Assembly (NCBI RefSeq): GCF_964204645.1
Contig: NC_134026.1
Location: forward strand, 9,013,950-9,077,949
Reading direction: 5' to 3'
Source: Tubulanus polymorphus
Lineage: Eukaryota > Animalia > Nemertea
DNA: 64,000 nt
Positions 21,471 through 50,300 of this stretch are shown one piece after another. The position numbers and the translations under genes were made by a program. The number at the start of each line of letters is the position of its first letter. The first letter of the stretch is position 1. The notes under the pieces were generated by a model, which was given only the letters and a program-made list of their open reading frames with translations, did no database searches and was not told where the DNA came from.

Positions 21471-22690
21471 TTTATCTTCAGGCCAAAAAATCTTCACCTT
21501 CACGCGTACGTTTAAGGTTCCCTAAAACTTTAACTCAGAAACCGTAACGATATTTTTGAACCATCGGCCTTCGACTGAACAAGAACATCCGCGTCTGAAT
21601 TTGTCTGAAGATGTAATTTAAAAAAAACGCCGTTAACTAACCCGCAATAATTCATTTATTATCCAACGAACATTATGGGTAGATTGAGGGCTCTGGCCCC
21701 ATTTTTTTTTGTTGATGAAATGATTGCATGGTAATTTTGATATGAAATCACTCTAGTTGCTTAGTAAATGAGCATTTTTTCAAATTTGGTTTGGGAGGGC
21801 ACCACCCTCCTGATAGGCTTAGGCGCTTGCTCCCTGTTTACTATAGTTTATATACTACTACCAGGTTTAGGGAGTCACCCCCCCCCCCCCCAATTTGAAA
21901 CTCCTGCAGGGTCTGCCCATGAACATGGATTGTAGAGACAGTTGATTCATGTGCACAGCGGAACCTCAAAAATGAAGGCTAGGCTGTAGTCACATTGGAG
22001 ACATCCTTTTAAACATTTAACGCTTATTTCTCTGTGTTTTTTACAGCTCTTACGTTGTAAGTTTTAAACTTACCTTTCGAACCATGATCTTTCAATTTGC
22101 AATAACTCGATTCTTATCACTTCAAGAATGCTCAGCACACATGGACACGGCCAACCGACATATATCTCCTATATATTATTTTCAAATTGATCTTATTACT
22201 GGGTTTAACTCAAAAATCAATTTTTTTAAGATACGACGGTTAGTGAAAGCATGGACGATTTGTTGAATCCTGGTTATAATGCCAGAGGAAAAATCCTACC
22301 ATAGGTAAAAATGCCAGAGGACAAATTGCAAGAACGAAATATTGCAGACAATTAGGTAAATATGAGAATTTTAACATTGAACATGATATTCTTATTTACA
22401 CCAGATTTCACATATTGAGTAAACAGTAAGATATAAGATATTTGTAGATAATTGAAATTAAAACTTTGAAACAGGTGACCTTTAAAATGATTCTGTTTAA
22501 ATAACCAAAATCATTGCATGATCCGCATTTCGTCACATGAAATAAAATTATTATACAGAATGTTATCTGGACCCATTTTCATTACACCTGTGGATCGATA
22601 ACAACATTGATTTGGAATATAATAAACGATAGTAATAAGACTAATCCCAATTTTGTTCCCCTCGAAAATCATGTGACAACTGCCCTTCAC

Positions 22691-23650
22691 AACTTGAACT
22701 TGAACTTGAACTTTAATTTTATTGCTCCATATAATACACAAGTTACATAGGAAATGACATGCAATAAAATATTAACATCAAGACACAGGGAAAACAGTAC
22801 AAGAGTGGACATACATTTAAAATCGCTTTTATAATGGATAACATAGGAATAGAGAATATTTACAAATAAAATATGTTAAACGTAAAACAAAATATAATAC
22901 TACAGCAAGGAAACTAGGTGGCGATACAATCAAGTGAATATAATATAAAAAGAATCAAAGTGTTGAACGGAGGGCAAGTAAAGAGTTTACTAGGTTACAC
23001 ATAAGGCTGGCAATTTCATAGTCTCCGTTGTTATAGGACATCAAAAATAGGAATTTATCGAAAACACAAAAAGACTCAAACTCTGTGAAACATACAAGTG
23101 AGGATAAAATGGAAACTCTGGCAGGATGAAGCGAGGGACACTCGAGTAAAAAGTGGGATTCGTCCTCAACGACTTTATTTACAGTACAGTAGAGGCAAAA
23201 TCTCTCATTGGCTGGTAAAAATGGACGACAGTGACGCCCCGTCTCGATTCTAAGCCGATGGGAACCGAGACGCAGTTTGGAAAATTCGCGTCTTTTAAGG
23301 AAAGAGTTCGAAATAATATATTTTTCTAGTTCAAAGCGTTTTTTAAAAAGTTTATAAGTCCTTAATTTGGGGTTGGAATTACTGTCGTTGATTTGAAATA
23401 GCCACGAAGAAGAATATAAGAGATACATTTTAGACTGGAGCAGCTTGATAATTTTATTGGGGTGGTTGGAGCCATGATTAGACCAAACACCATGAAGATC
23501 AAATGATTTTAGTATTGAGAAAATTCCAGAACACCAATTTGGGAGTGTGTTCATACATTGCACACAGTCCAGATAGGATTTATACACTAATGAGGCGGGA
23601 TTCAATTTACAAAGACGAAACCAAAATTTAACCATCAGGGGAATAAATGA
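22691..23650 (-). mobile_element. 5'-truncated non-LTR retrotransposon, ORF2 C-terminus and 3' UTR (RTE-X/L2-CR1-like)
   Basis: ORF 23635-22955: KLRTYKLFK, KLRLGSHRLRIETGRH, RFCLYC...VEDESHFLLEC; 3' end AATAAA followed by (AAGTTC)n at 22691-22713. Confidence 0.85.
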
Positions 23651-24699
23651 TATTCACACATATTCACACATTTGTCACCAAAGGTATAGCCTGTATAGCA
23701 TTCCCTCGTGCACGAATAAAACATCTCCCAAAAGGGAAAATGTTTGGGGTGGAGGTGGCAGTTGGGAGTGTCAAGGGGTTATTCGGAGAGACTTCGGAGA
23801 AGAGGAGGAATAATTTGCGAAGGGTAAATTTTGTGAAGGGATCTTATTTTCTGAGGAAAACTTATACGGTGCCAATTAACCGGGTAAATGACCAGGTTTA
23901 ATTATCCTAGACGTAATTCCCGACAGCAATAGACTTACTGGAACAGGGCCGGATCTAGCTAGGTTTATGAGTAGTACTGCTCGGTTGTGTAAGGGCACAT
24001 ATAACAGAAAATTTTGAATTTTCGGGGCTTAGATTTTCACAATTTTGGGCATCAAATATTTCTCTGCATCAACATGTTAAAGAAAAATCATTCACTCATT
24101 CAAGAAATACTTGAAATTTACCCATTTTCGATTGTTTGAATTGGCTATTTTCAATTACTGACACCAGAACTTGCAAAAGAGAAGGGCACTCCTACAATCG
24201 TGAGAGTACCGCTCATAGGCTGGATCTGCGAAAGAGTTGGCCTAGTATAGTTTTGTGACACCTTGTTGATAATCATCTGGTAAAATAGTGTTGTAGAAAT
24301 TTGCCATCTTACACGTTTTGGGATTGGTGGAGACGACGAAAAGTGTCCCTTCTTGTTTTTTTTTTTGCGCCGGAGGACCTACTGAATAAACTAAAGCACA
24401 TTGAATGTGATTTTGTTTAACATGATCGGGCCGGGAAAATGATATGAGACGACGTCATAGATCTATATCATTTGCCCTTTTCTCCTTTAAATCTTCGCAC
24501 GACGGTAACCTAACATCAGAGTCCGCGCATGCAATGAGCTTTGGCGGAATGCACCGAACCTTGGCAAGCGAGGATTCGTTCGTTCGGTACAGTTTGTCGT
24601 AATGTAATTAAATTGAATTGAACTTTTCTGAAGTGTCCGGCCGTTAGTCCGTGAGTGTAAGCCGGGTCAGATTGTGAAAATAGGCCGATATTTACTGAA

Positions 24700-39719
<15,020 letters not shown>

Positions 39720-40890
39720 ATCGAATTGATCTGATTTAGAACGACATATTTTGAAGACTTTAAATAACTCGAGTAAAGTGATTTGTATTGTTATCTAAGA
39801 TGACCTCATGAAACAAAGCTTGAAAATATGTTCACAAATTTTTCCGTATGCAAAATTCAGTATCAGTGTTGGTATGCTAGTTGTTTTAAGAGACTAAGAG
39901 TGTCAATTATTTATAAATTTGTCTGAACAATTGAAATAAAATAATAGCCTTGTATTTACAAATTATATCTTCGCTGATTTTTTTTCAGTCGCTTCTTCAT
40001 CAATTCATTGAATGTGTGGTCAAATCAAAGTTGAGCCCAGATTCCACATGCACCAACAACACTATGTAGGACGGGATTTAAGCTGAGAATTAGATTTATG
40101 GGCCCGGTTTCATAGACTGGGTATCAAAGTTATCCCTAGGAACGAATCCTCAATCTGGACCCAGTTCCACAGTTCCGAGTTAGGATTTAACTCCCGAGTT
40201 AACTCATCGAAAATGAACTAACTAACAGATGATGCTCTGAATGTACGGTAACCATAGTGGACTTGGTCAAATGGACACCGCTAATCTAACTGCTTCGAAT
40301 CAGTAAACAGATTACAGTCAAAGCTTGATACAATGCACAGAGACACCAAATCGTCAACAATTCAACAAGCAGAATCAATCCATACATTAACTCTAAACTT
40401 CTTTTCCCGAAGTTATGGGCTGCTGGCATGTATAACGGGGATTAAGCATGATCATTGCGTGTACTGTTTTGGCCTTATCTTCTTAACTAGTGTCAGCAAC
40501 AGAGATTTGACGGACTAAACACAACCAAAGCCATTTTCCGATATTGCTCTTCTGGAAAAGTAATTATCTAATTTCACTGTTGATTACCAAATTTGGAAGT
40601 TTTTACCAATTCTTCAGTCTGAAGAATATTCTGGACAAGCACAACCGAAAAAAGTCCAAAATGGCGTGTTAATCTGAAAAAATCCACCCAATTGAGCACT
40701 GTCGGTGTAGTTCAGACTAGTTCCAAGATTGTGGAAGTATGAAAACTGAAGGTCCACCAATTTGACATGCGGTGATAACATTGGCCAGTTCAATATACCG
40801 GTACCTAACTCGACAAACTGGGACTAGCAAAATTGGCCTGAGTAAGGTGAAGTTTGAGTTAAGGACTGGAAAATGGGATATCGGAAAATG

Positions 40891-41011
40891 TGTTAAGTGC
40901 AAATTAATCAAATGTCTAATTTAACTGTATCGAAGGTTTACTGTAGGGAAAATGCGTTACGTGCAAATTAATCAAATGTCTAATTTAACTGTATCTAAGG
41001 TTTACTGTAGG
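40891..41011. repeat. Tandem duplication of ~60 bp
   Basis: GTGCAAATTAATCAAATGTCTAATTTAACTGTATC.AAGGTTTACTGTAGG occurs twice. Confidence 0.9.
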
Positions 41012-41384
41012 ATCAACTTGAACTATAGTAATCAATTGGGCCCCGAGACAGCTTTTATTGATCGGTTTGTATTCGATTGCAAATCCTATCTGTACTAACA
41101 AATTTTATCCTCACGACATAGAAAACAAGAAGGCAAAAATAATAGTGAAATTTCAATACATTGATTTAAACATGACAGATATTTTTTACAAATAAATTAC
41201 AAATTGCAATGTAACAGGGGTTTTACATGAATGTATTGTACACTCAGTAGTGTAAGAGTAGTATTCCGACTCATTCTTCATATCGTATCTATATAAAATC
41301 TACATGTTTCACGAAAATTGTTCAATCAAAGTAATAATGAATGACTGTCTTTTTGAATGTTCTTTTGAGTTTTGTTTGGAAAAT

Positions 41385-44300
41385 TTACGATGATGGATAT
41401 CTTTCCACTAGCATGGCGTGTCCCTGCAAATAAAACAAGATCGACTTGAGTGGTCAGCTACAATTTCACTAATAGACTACTACACCTTAACTGTGCGGGC
41501 GTAAAATTTTTTGGGACACGAAATTCTTCCAAGGGTGAGATTATGATTAGTGTACTAAATGAGAATTGATGATTCAATAGTAGGAAATTATCTATTGTAC
41601 TGAAGAGAAGTATATAACTGGGAAAATTACTTGTCATTGCCAACATTTTATATTAAACTACCAGTATTTAAATTAAGAAATCAGAACCAAATAGTGTTTG
41701 TTCTATGACTAAAATAATTCTGAATACAATACATTTTTATCAAATCCACCAACTGTCAAATCCTCTTAATTTGGATCAGTTTAACCCGAATCTTAATCTA
41801 ATCCGGATATTATCACTGGTGCGCCAGTACATAAATGTATGTAAAATATGAAGTTTGATCATTCCACATTTCTCGTAAACCAGAATAATTTCATCGGTCC
41901 AAAATGATACAAATTAAGCAGGTTCTGCTGTAGAACAAAGTAACGACACTTAAATTTGAATTTAAGCGATCCTCAAAATCACTCAAAAACAATATATTCT
42001 ATAAGAGTCTTATAGAGTCTAGAAGTATCTGTTCGGAAATTTCAGTAATTACCTGACCACCTGCTGCACAGGCTGCTACAAGGCCAAATTGTCCATCTTC
42101 ATCGATGAGTCTGTGGGCAGCTGTGGTTACCAAGCGCACGCCGGTCGCTCCGAACGGATGACCGATTGACAACGATCCGCCGCGAGTATTCAACTTCTCC
42201 GTCGGTGGTGCGCCGAACTGAAATTCAAATACGCCAGAAAAAATTAAGACAGCAGAACGAAAACCATGTCACCAATTTACGTGTGAATACAAAAACGCTA
42301 TTTACAGGTTCATTACTGAATTTGGGGAATATTTTTTATCTTTAGGATAATCATTAATGGCTCAATTTCTATTTGATATCTTACCTTGCCACTTCTGCCC
42401 ATACAATTCTGACTGAACCAATCGGAGTCGAGAGCTTTCATATTAGCCAATATTTGTCCCTGTAAATAAAAATACTGGTTAAGTACTACAAGTGGTAAAA
42501 GGTGATTAACGTTGTAATGCATTCTCCCTGTCCTAAATGATCAGGCGCATATTAGCCAATCAGCACGAGGAAATTGTGCCTTTTATCTAATCAATAATTT
42601 TATGGTAGATGAGCTGGCTGGCTTTGCACATTGGTGTGGTTCTGCAAAAGCCCTTTACGCCAGGGACCAGTTTTATAGACTGACTGGTATTATCTTTAAC
42701 CCTGGGGCTAACTCAATTGACAATGAATTGAGTTGATAATGATAGTGTCAAAATCAGGTTCAAATCGAGACGACAAATGAAACATCCGTTTTGATCCTTG
42801 AATCCCAGAATTATTAATGAGTCTGCCTTAACTAAATTTCTTATGAACTGAGAGAAATTAATTTTTCCCCCAGTACATTTACTTACTGCGAAAGCTTCGT
42901 GATATTCAAATACCGCAACATCGGCTAACGTCAGACCTGCTCGGTCGAGAATTTTCGGTGTGGCATATGCCGGTCTGAAAATTCAAATTCATTCTTATTT
43001 CAACTACCTGGTATGAACACTACAGGTCCCGGTTTCACAAGATTTTTGGTTTAGTTGATATCTTGGCTATCGTCATGCAATGAGGTTTTAAATCTATTTG
43101 GCTTAACTCGGCGTACATACCCGAGTAATAATTGATCCTTTGGGTCCTGCGACACGTACAGATAATCTCTTAGATAAGCCAACGGTTTATATCCCATACT
43201 GAGAGCCTTCTCTTCAGACATAATAAGACATGCTGATGCACCGTCAGTCTGAAAGTATATACGAAGTAGTTCTTACGAAAAAAGCCACAATAAAAAGTTT
43301 TAAGTTGTGAGCATTTTATTATGCTAATAAATGCCAGTAGTTCAGCAATCATAACAAAATCATTTAGTTGCCAATTGCAAAGCCCTATCTGGGTATTCCT
43401 GGGTAACTCCCTGCTATTAGGACGATATTGAAATCAACTTAAGTTTTCCTTCCACTAAGGTTATTATTCTTTATCCAAAAATAAGTACACATTTAAATTT
43501 AATCTTCCATTGAAAGCACTACTGAAAAAGATTTAACAACCAAAAACCCACAAAATAAACTAAACCTAGATTGGGAATTCTAATCTATTAAATTCTGGGA
43601 TTTTCATATGGTAACAGCCATCATTACAATAAGTAACTTACCAGGAATGATGAATTAGCAGCTGTAACTGTTCCATGTGGTTTTATGAAGGCAGCTTTCA
43701 ATTTGGCCATTTGTTCCTTACTGGACACCCTGATACCGTTATCACGAGTGACGACATCGCTTCTGCCTAGAAATACAAATGGTATTTGCCGATTCACGGG
43801 TGATAATTAACAGGATTTAAGGATTTAATTCGGGGGGAGGGGGGCAATTGTCCGGATAGGAAAATATGAGAATATCATCGTCATTACAGTCTTCTAAGGT
43901 TGGGGTTGTATCTCGACATTTAACATTAGGATGGATATAAAGTGGAACCACATCACCACTTCAGGATATCAGAAAATCCCAATAAATTGCTATGAATATA
44001 GGGGCCAGTTTTAGGAAAAACTAGGGGTCCAGGGACACCATGCCCACTTGGGAAGTGGTTCCAAATGCTCAACAATCTTACAATTTCAATATTCAACGCC
44101 CCCTGGTGACCATATACAGAATCGAATGACCTTACAACTCACCACAATCATAGAACTTGTCAGCAGCTACGATTTTGTAATTGATTGTGATAACAAAATA
44201 TGCCTCGTTACCACTTTAATATGGAAATACTAAGTTATTCTACTATTCAACGCCCCCTGGTGACCATATGCAAAACCCAATGACCTTGAAACTCACCACA

Positions 44301-47300
44301 ATCATAGAACATGTCACGAACTATAACTTTGTAATTGATCATGGTAACAAAATATGCCTAGGTACCAATATAAATAAGGAAATACTAAGTTATTCTACTA
44401 TTCAACGCCCCCTGGTGACCATATAGAATAACTAATGGCCTTAAAACTTGCCACAATCATAGATGATGTCATGAGCTACAGCTTTGCAATTGATTGTGGT
44501 TACAAAATATTCATTGATACGAATATAATATAGAAATACTAAGATATTGCATTATTCAACGCCCCCTGGTGGCCATATACAAAAACCAATGACCTTTAAA
44601 CTCACCACAATCATAGAACATGTTATGAGCTACAACTTTCTAAATGATTGTGGTAACAAAATACGCTTAGGTATCAATATAATGTGGAAAAACTTTTTCC
44701 CACTTACGAACGAGTACTGCTGACACAAAGATGGCCGCCAATTGCGTCATAATTGGCTGATGAAAAATACCTGTCTCAGGTATAAAACATCCCTTTCCAA
44801 AGAATACCCATCACAAATTGCAATGAGAAATGATAAACCAGTAGGAAGCTACAGGACTCAGAATTTGGGCCAAAATTAACATTTTTGGGCACTAAAAAGG
44901 TCATAGGACGGCCATCTTGAGTCCGATCGACCCAATTTTTGTTATTCTGATGGGCCCTGGGGGAATTCACATATATCCGAAAGATCAAGGTAATTGATCA
45001 AAGCGTCTTCAAAATTTCCCTCAAAAATTTCAAAAATGTGTAAAGTGCTGATTTTGGCGAACAACAATGGCTGCCAGTCGGCCATCTTGAATCTGACAGG
45101 GCCAGTTTTTGGGCTGAAGATGTGTCTAGGGTAGATACATGTGTAACCCAAATATCAAGACATTACCTTGAAGCGTCTTCAAAACTTCCCAGAATAACTT
45201 GATTCCGTCTACGGACGGACGGACGGACGAAAAGTGAACGCAATAGCCCGCTGGGACTAAAGTCCCAAGTGGGCTAAAAATGATTATGGTGGTATCAGCT
45301 AATGACGACTTCTCACTTTTGATGAACTCAACAATTAGAATCAAATTATCATCTTTGTGAAAGTTGACCCAGATATTTTCACCATATACATCTTTTCAGA
45401 GCACTAAAAGCATCTTTAATGATGGCAAGCAATTCCTATCAATTTGTCACAGACACCATCTTGCCAATCGCCATCACATCATTGTGAGGATGAGAGAAAT
45501 CCCAAAATGATTCAGACAAAGATGAAAAATTCTTGAATAGAAGAGTATATATTTTGGGCAACGTTTCGGCTTAACACTATAAGCCATCATCAGGCGTACT
45601 GGTGATCAGTATTTCTCTCATCATCCATCTTACACGGATAGTGTGTATCTTCTCTACTCATCGTGAGGAGGATTTGGCTACGTTGGATACTTGCATTAGC
45701 ACGTTGATTAAATAAATGGACATCGTAAGCAAGTTATGGTAGGCACTTTGCTTAAATAAATGAATAAATTTGTTTGTGTCGATACAAGCTGCTACTTAAA
45801 TGAAAACCACCAATTGAACCAAATTATCACAACATTCGTTCCATTGTCAAGTCGATTCTAAATTTCATGTTACTTAAAACAAGATGTCTTCTTATCTTAA
45901 ATTACCTGGAACTTTGTATGGCATAAGATCCTTCAGTAAACCCTTGTCCGAAGCTTCTTGCGCCAACCTGTGCGACCTCATAGCAAACTCATCCTGTTAT
46001 AAAATGTCAATGAACAATATGTACGTAATTTGATATTATCAAAACACCAATTGTTTTGTTTTGAGTTGATTACGGTAGTTGTTTTTTTCTACTCTAACAG
46101 TTAATGGATCACACTGAATGATCACACTGAATTAATAATCTATACTACAATATCTAACATAGCTGTTTCATTCACCACTGATGTTATTGAGACTCTGCCT
46201 TGATATGAACATGTATCCCTTACCAGAGTCTACACCTGTGCCCGGTTCCATAGTCAGGGCTTAGACTTAAGACCAGTCTTAAGATTTAAGAACACTTTTG
46301 GCCCTGACTATAGGACCGGGCTAGTAAAACAAAAATTTTTGTTAATGACAACGATTTTCAAAAACTCAAAATCAACTTCATTTTCAATGAAGCCTAATAC
46401 TGGAGATTAGAAAGAATTATTTCATTTTCAATGGGATACCATAGACCACTACTGTGGCAAGTGAGGTATCCACGATACAGACTTACAATTTCAGTTAAAT
46501 TCAAATTAACCTTTCCAATGAGTAAATTGATTTTCGGTGAAAGCTCATCACACGCTCTGCATCAAGCGGATCGCCTTTTGGCGGTCCCATGAACAGAAAC
46601 TCCTGTCCATCCTTGGTTAACCTTGAGCATGATCGTTTTACCTAACGCTCCGATAACGACGGGACACACTTCGACTTTGTACTCTGGGTGCAATCATTGT
46701 CATCGTCCTTCTTGGATCAAGCTAGGTAGGTTGCAGAACACGTCTGCCAGTTTCCTGACAAATGGGTCCTCGCATTGAAGTACGTCTATCGGTCGATTGG
46801 TGTTTCGACAGCGCCCCGTTCTGTCTCATCACCTTCCTCAGCAAATTATCGATTTCCTCAGCAACTGTTCGATAACACTACCCCACCGTACAGGAGCACT
46901 GTAAGGCACCCATACACACAGCGTTGGGCGTGGTCACTGCTCAATCTGAGCGTTGATCCCCATATTCCCTCGCCTTGGTGCATAGGTGATCATTGACTTT
47001 CACCTTCAGATCACCCATGCAGGTTTCGAGCAACTGGGGTCCTCCCAGATGTACGCGCTCCCTTCTCCGTACACTGGCGGTGGCACATCTGCCACCATAG
47101 TCTTCACTCCTCCCTTACGATCCATGTGTGCCGCTCCACATTTCTCGTAACCTAGCTCCATACTCCAAGCCATCACAGCGTGGGTTCGTTGGACTGGATC
47201 AACTTGATGTCATCCATTTACGCAAAGTGTGTCAGCCTGGCTCCGTCCTTCGTCTTGTACCCAACTGTTTGCTCATCTAACGCTGTTGAGATTGGCGCAA

Positions 47301-50300
47301 TGGCAATGCAGAAGAGAATAGGACTTATGGTGTCGCCTTGGAGGAGACCCCGCTTCAGGTGAAGCCGTTCGCTGCACTCGAATCTGTCCTTGTCCGTTTG
47401 CTCAAACACTATGTTCCAGTGGCTCATGATCTCGCTAAGAGATTCCTTAAACCATTGAGGTGCGCTGATTGCTTCTACTCTGTGTGCGATCAGGTCACGT
47501 GGGAACTTATCGTAAGCCTTTTTGATATCAATCCACACCAACGAAAGGGTCATGCAGAGAAGCTTCGCTTGTTCTGTGTTGGACTGGTCCAATCTCAAGG
47601 GTCCCCTTTCTGCTCTTCCGGTAGAATACCTGTCGCAATTGAATCATCCGTGATCCACTTCCCATTTCCCCAGTGGTAACATTTGTGTTTAGGCAGGCAA
47701 TAGGATGGTAGTTTGCAGGGTTGGCTTCGTCCCCCTTTTTGTGGAATATCACCATTTGCTCCCTGCAGAATACGTCGTCTACTGCGAGATGGCCTTTCAG
47801 GACACCTTCTACTACTTGTTTCAGAGTATCCCGACAAGCCGGGAGTTTTTTCCACCAGTACTTTTGGATACCGTCCAGGCCTGGTGCCTTACAAGCTGGC
47901 AACTGGGTTAGGATGCCTGTACCTGTCGATGACTTCTAGGACTGAAGTGCTATCATTGGGTACCGGTCTCCTAGAGTTTTGGTCCACCTCCACCAAACAA
48001 GTCATCAGATAGATAAGATCCGTTTTCTCAGTCAGAGTATGGTATAGATTACACCAAAAATTGATTAACTAATGAGAAAATTAGATCTGAATTCAATTGA
48101 AATATAGAAGGAAATTGAAGCGTGGTAACCCACTTGCTGGTGCCACACTTGCTGGTATCTCATTGGAGAATGATTTGGTTTCCCGCTGTTGCATAATTTG
48201 GTGGGTTGCCGGCATACTCCATATAAACGAGTTTTTGTGTATGAATAATGGCGTAGTTGTAGTTGGCTTGCTCTCGTAAGGAATTTCAGCTTTCAGAATA
48301 AATGTAAATACGTTATAACTTCATCTCTCCTTTGCCCAATGTCTTATGCTCGAGACATTGAAGTCATTTTTAAAACCTTTTTTTCCTGGATAAATGCATA
48401 CACCAAGTGCTTTAAAAAACTTTACAACTTATCTACGCGAACTTAACCCCTCGATCACAGTTTCTAACAACTAACCTGCTCCTGTCTTGTTACGTTGAAG
48501 GCTGCGGCTAATCGGTCAGCGGAATGACCCATCGTTTCCGACGTAGAAAACTCAGCCACAGCCGGCAACTCGGGCGTGAGCGCTGACGGTGTCAACATTT
48601 TCGAGAGCAGGCTGAGGCGAGCGGGCAGTGTCTTCGCTTTGTTGATCGCGAGCATGTGTTTTCTCATTTTACGACTGTGTCGAATCGGCACGTCGGACAT
48701 GAATTCGATACCGCCGGCGATGACTGTGTCGCACATTCCCGACGTGATGTATCCCATACCTTAAAAACAAACGACAACACAAACAGATGAACATCAACTT
48801 AAAAATCTTCAGCCTAACTCAGGTCGCACTTAAGATCTGATCCGATTGTCTGCGATTCAGTCTAAAGATCACTAATCGTATCGTGACGTCGAATAGCCGA
48901 TTCGGCTGAGACTCGTTAGTCGGAACTCAGCTACGCTCAGGTCACCTGAGACCAACAATCATTTTAAACCAAATGCTAGTCAAGTGATATGTACATTGTT
49001 GTTCATAAGCTACGACTTAAAGATCGGTCCCAAGTACAGTCAACCCCCGATATACCGCACTCCCATATACCACCGCCCCCGCCTACCGCCAGGTTTTCTC
49101 AACATACATCTATGCAAATACATAAACACCCCCAATGTACCGCCATACTCTCTATACTGCCAAAATTTGTTCTGCACCGTCCGATGTGGGTGGTATATCG
49201 GGGGTCGACTGTACGCTCAGGTCACATATTCTTACGATTGTGCTTACGGGTGTTGAGCAAGGCTTTAAAGTCAATCACAGTTCTCACAGTTACTTGGATT
49301 CAAAATTTACCCAAGTTTTTCATCATTTTTGGTATCAGTGCAAAAATGAACTGATACCATCAAACTACAGGGATGTCAACTTAAATGGTGACTATCGGGT
49401 ATAAAAAAAACATCATCATCTTCACCCGTACAACAAAATTCGGTAATTTAATAATTTTTCACAAGGAGCTAAATGAGAAAACGCCACAAAATCTAATATC
49501 AACATTCCATAGAGTAACTTCAAATAACATTTTCGCATTTCTGAATTCAAGTCCAAAAATTATACTTCTTAATTCAAGGACAAGGAATGACATTGATCTA
49601 TTGCGTAAATACCAGAATTCATTCTACAAGTGATCTATCTATACATACCAGAGGTTATTGCTTGATTTGATGAAATGCACGCCATGGTTACTGTATGTGC
49701 GGGAATCTTGTCAGAGAAACCAGCTCCTAATGCAGCCTAAATATAAATACAAATAGAAAGTACAGTGAAGGACAAACCAGGAATGGCTTTCAGTCAGACA
49801 TAATCGAAAATCTGAGTTAAGGATCGGATAATACATCAGGAAATTTCAGAAAATGGTTTTGTTTCAGTCCAACATAGTGAAAAGTCGGAGTTGACCATGT
49901 CTGAGTTAGGCGTAGTTAACTGTAGGCCAATGACATATCAAATGAGACATGAAGTTAGTTAAGATCATATAGGAAGGTTTCCAGTTGCCATTTCACAAGG
50001 TTGACTGTATCCCGTATCAACTGAGACATATTTAATGCATTCAATTAAGTTCATATAGGAAGAGGCCCATAAGTTGCAATTTCACATTGACTTTGACTTC
50101 GAAATGCATGCCCATATTTTAATTGTATTCAATTCTATCTAACTACAGTAGACTTCGCTCAAGTATTTTTGGATCTTTTGGGATCGTATAAAGTGTACGA
50201 CTTGAGAATGCTATCCAAGTATTTCATATACTGTTGCAAAAATATATCAAAAAACAATATGAGTTGAACGGTTATCCGAGCTAATTGGATCCTACTTGGC

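Noticed and set aside
22074-22170. Minus-strand exon ending in a strong GTAAG donor, possibly a GPCR 5' UTR exon
   Set aside because: Weak acceptor, no recognisable peptide and no independent support.
40600-40845. Small gene between hadha and hadhb
   Set aside because: Splice-like signals exist but give no coherent ORF or homology.
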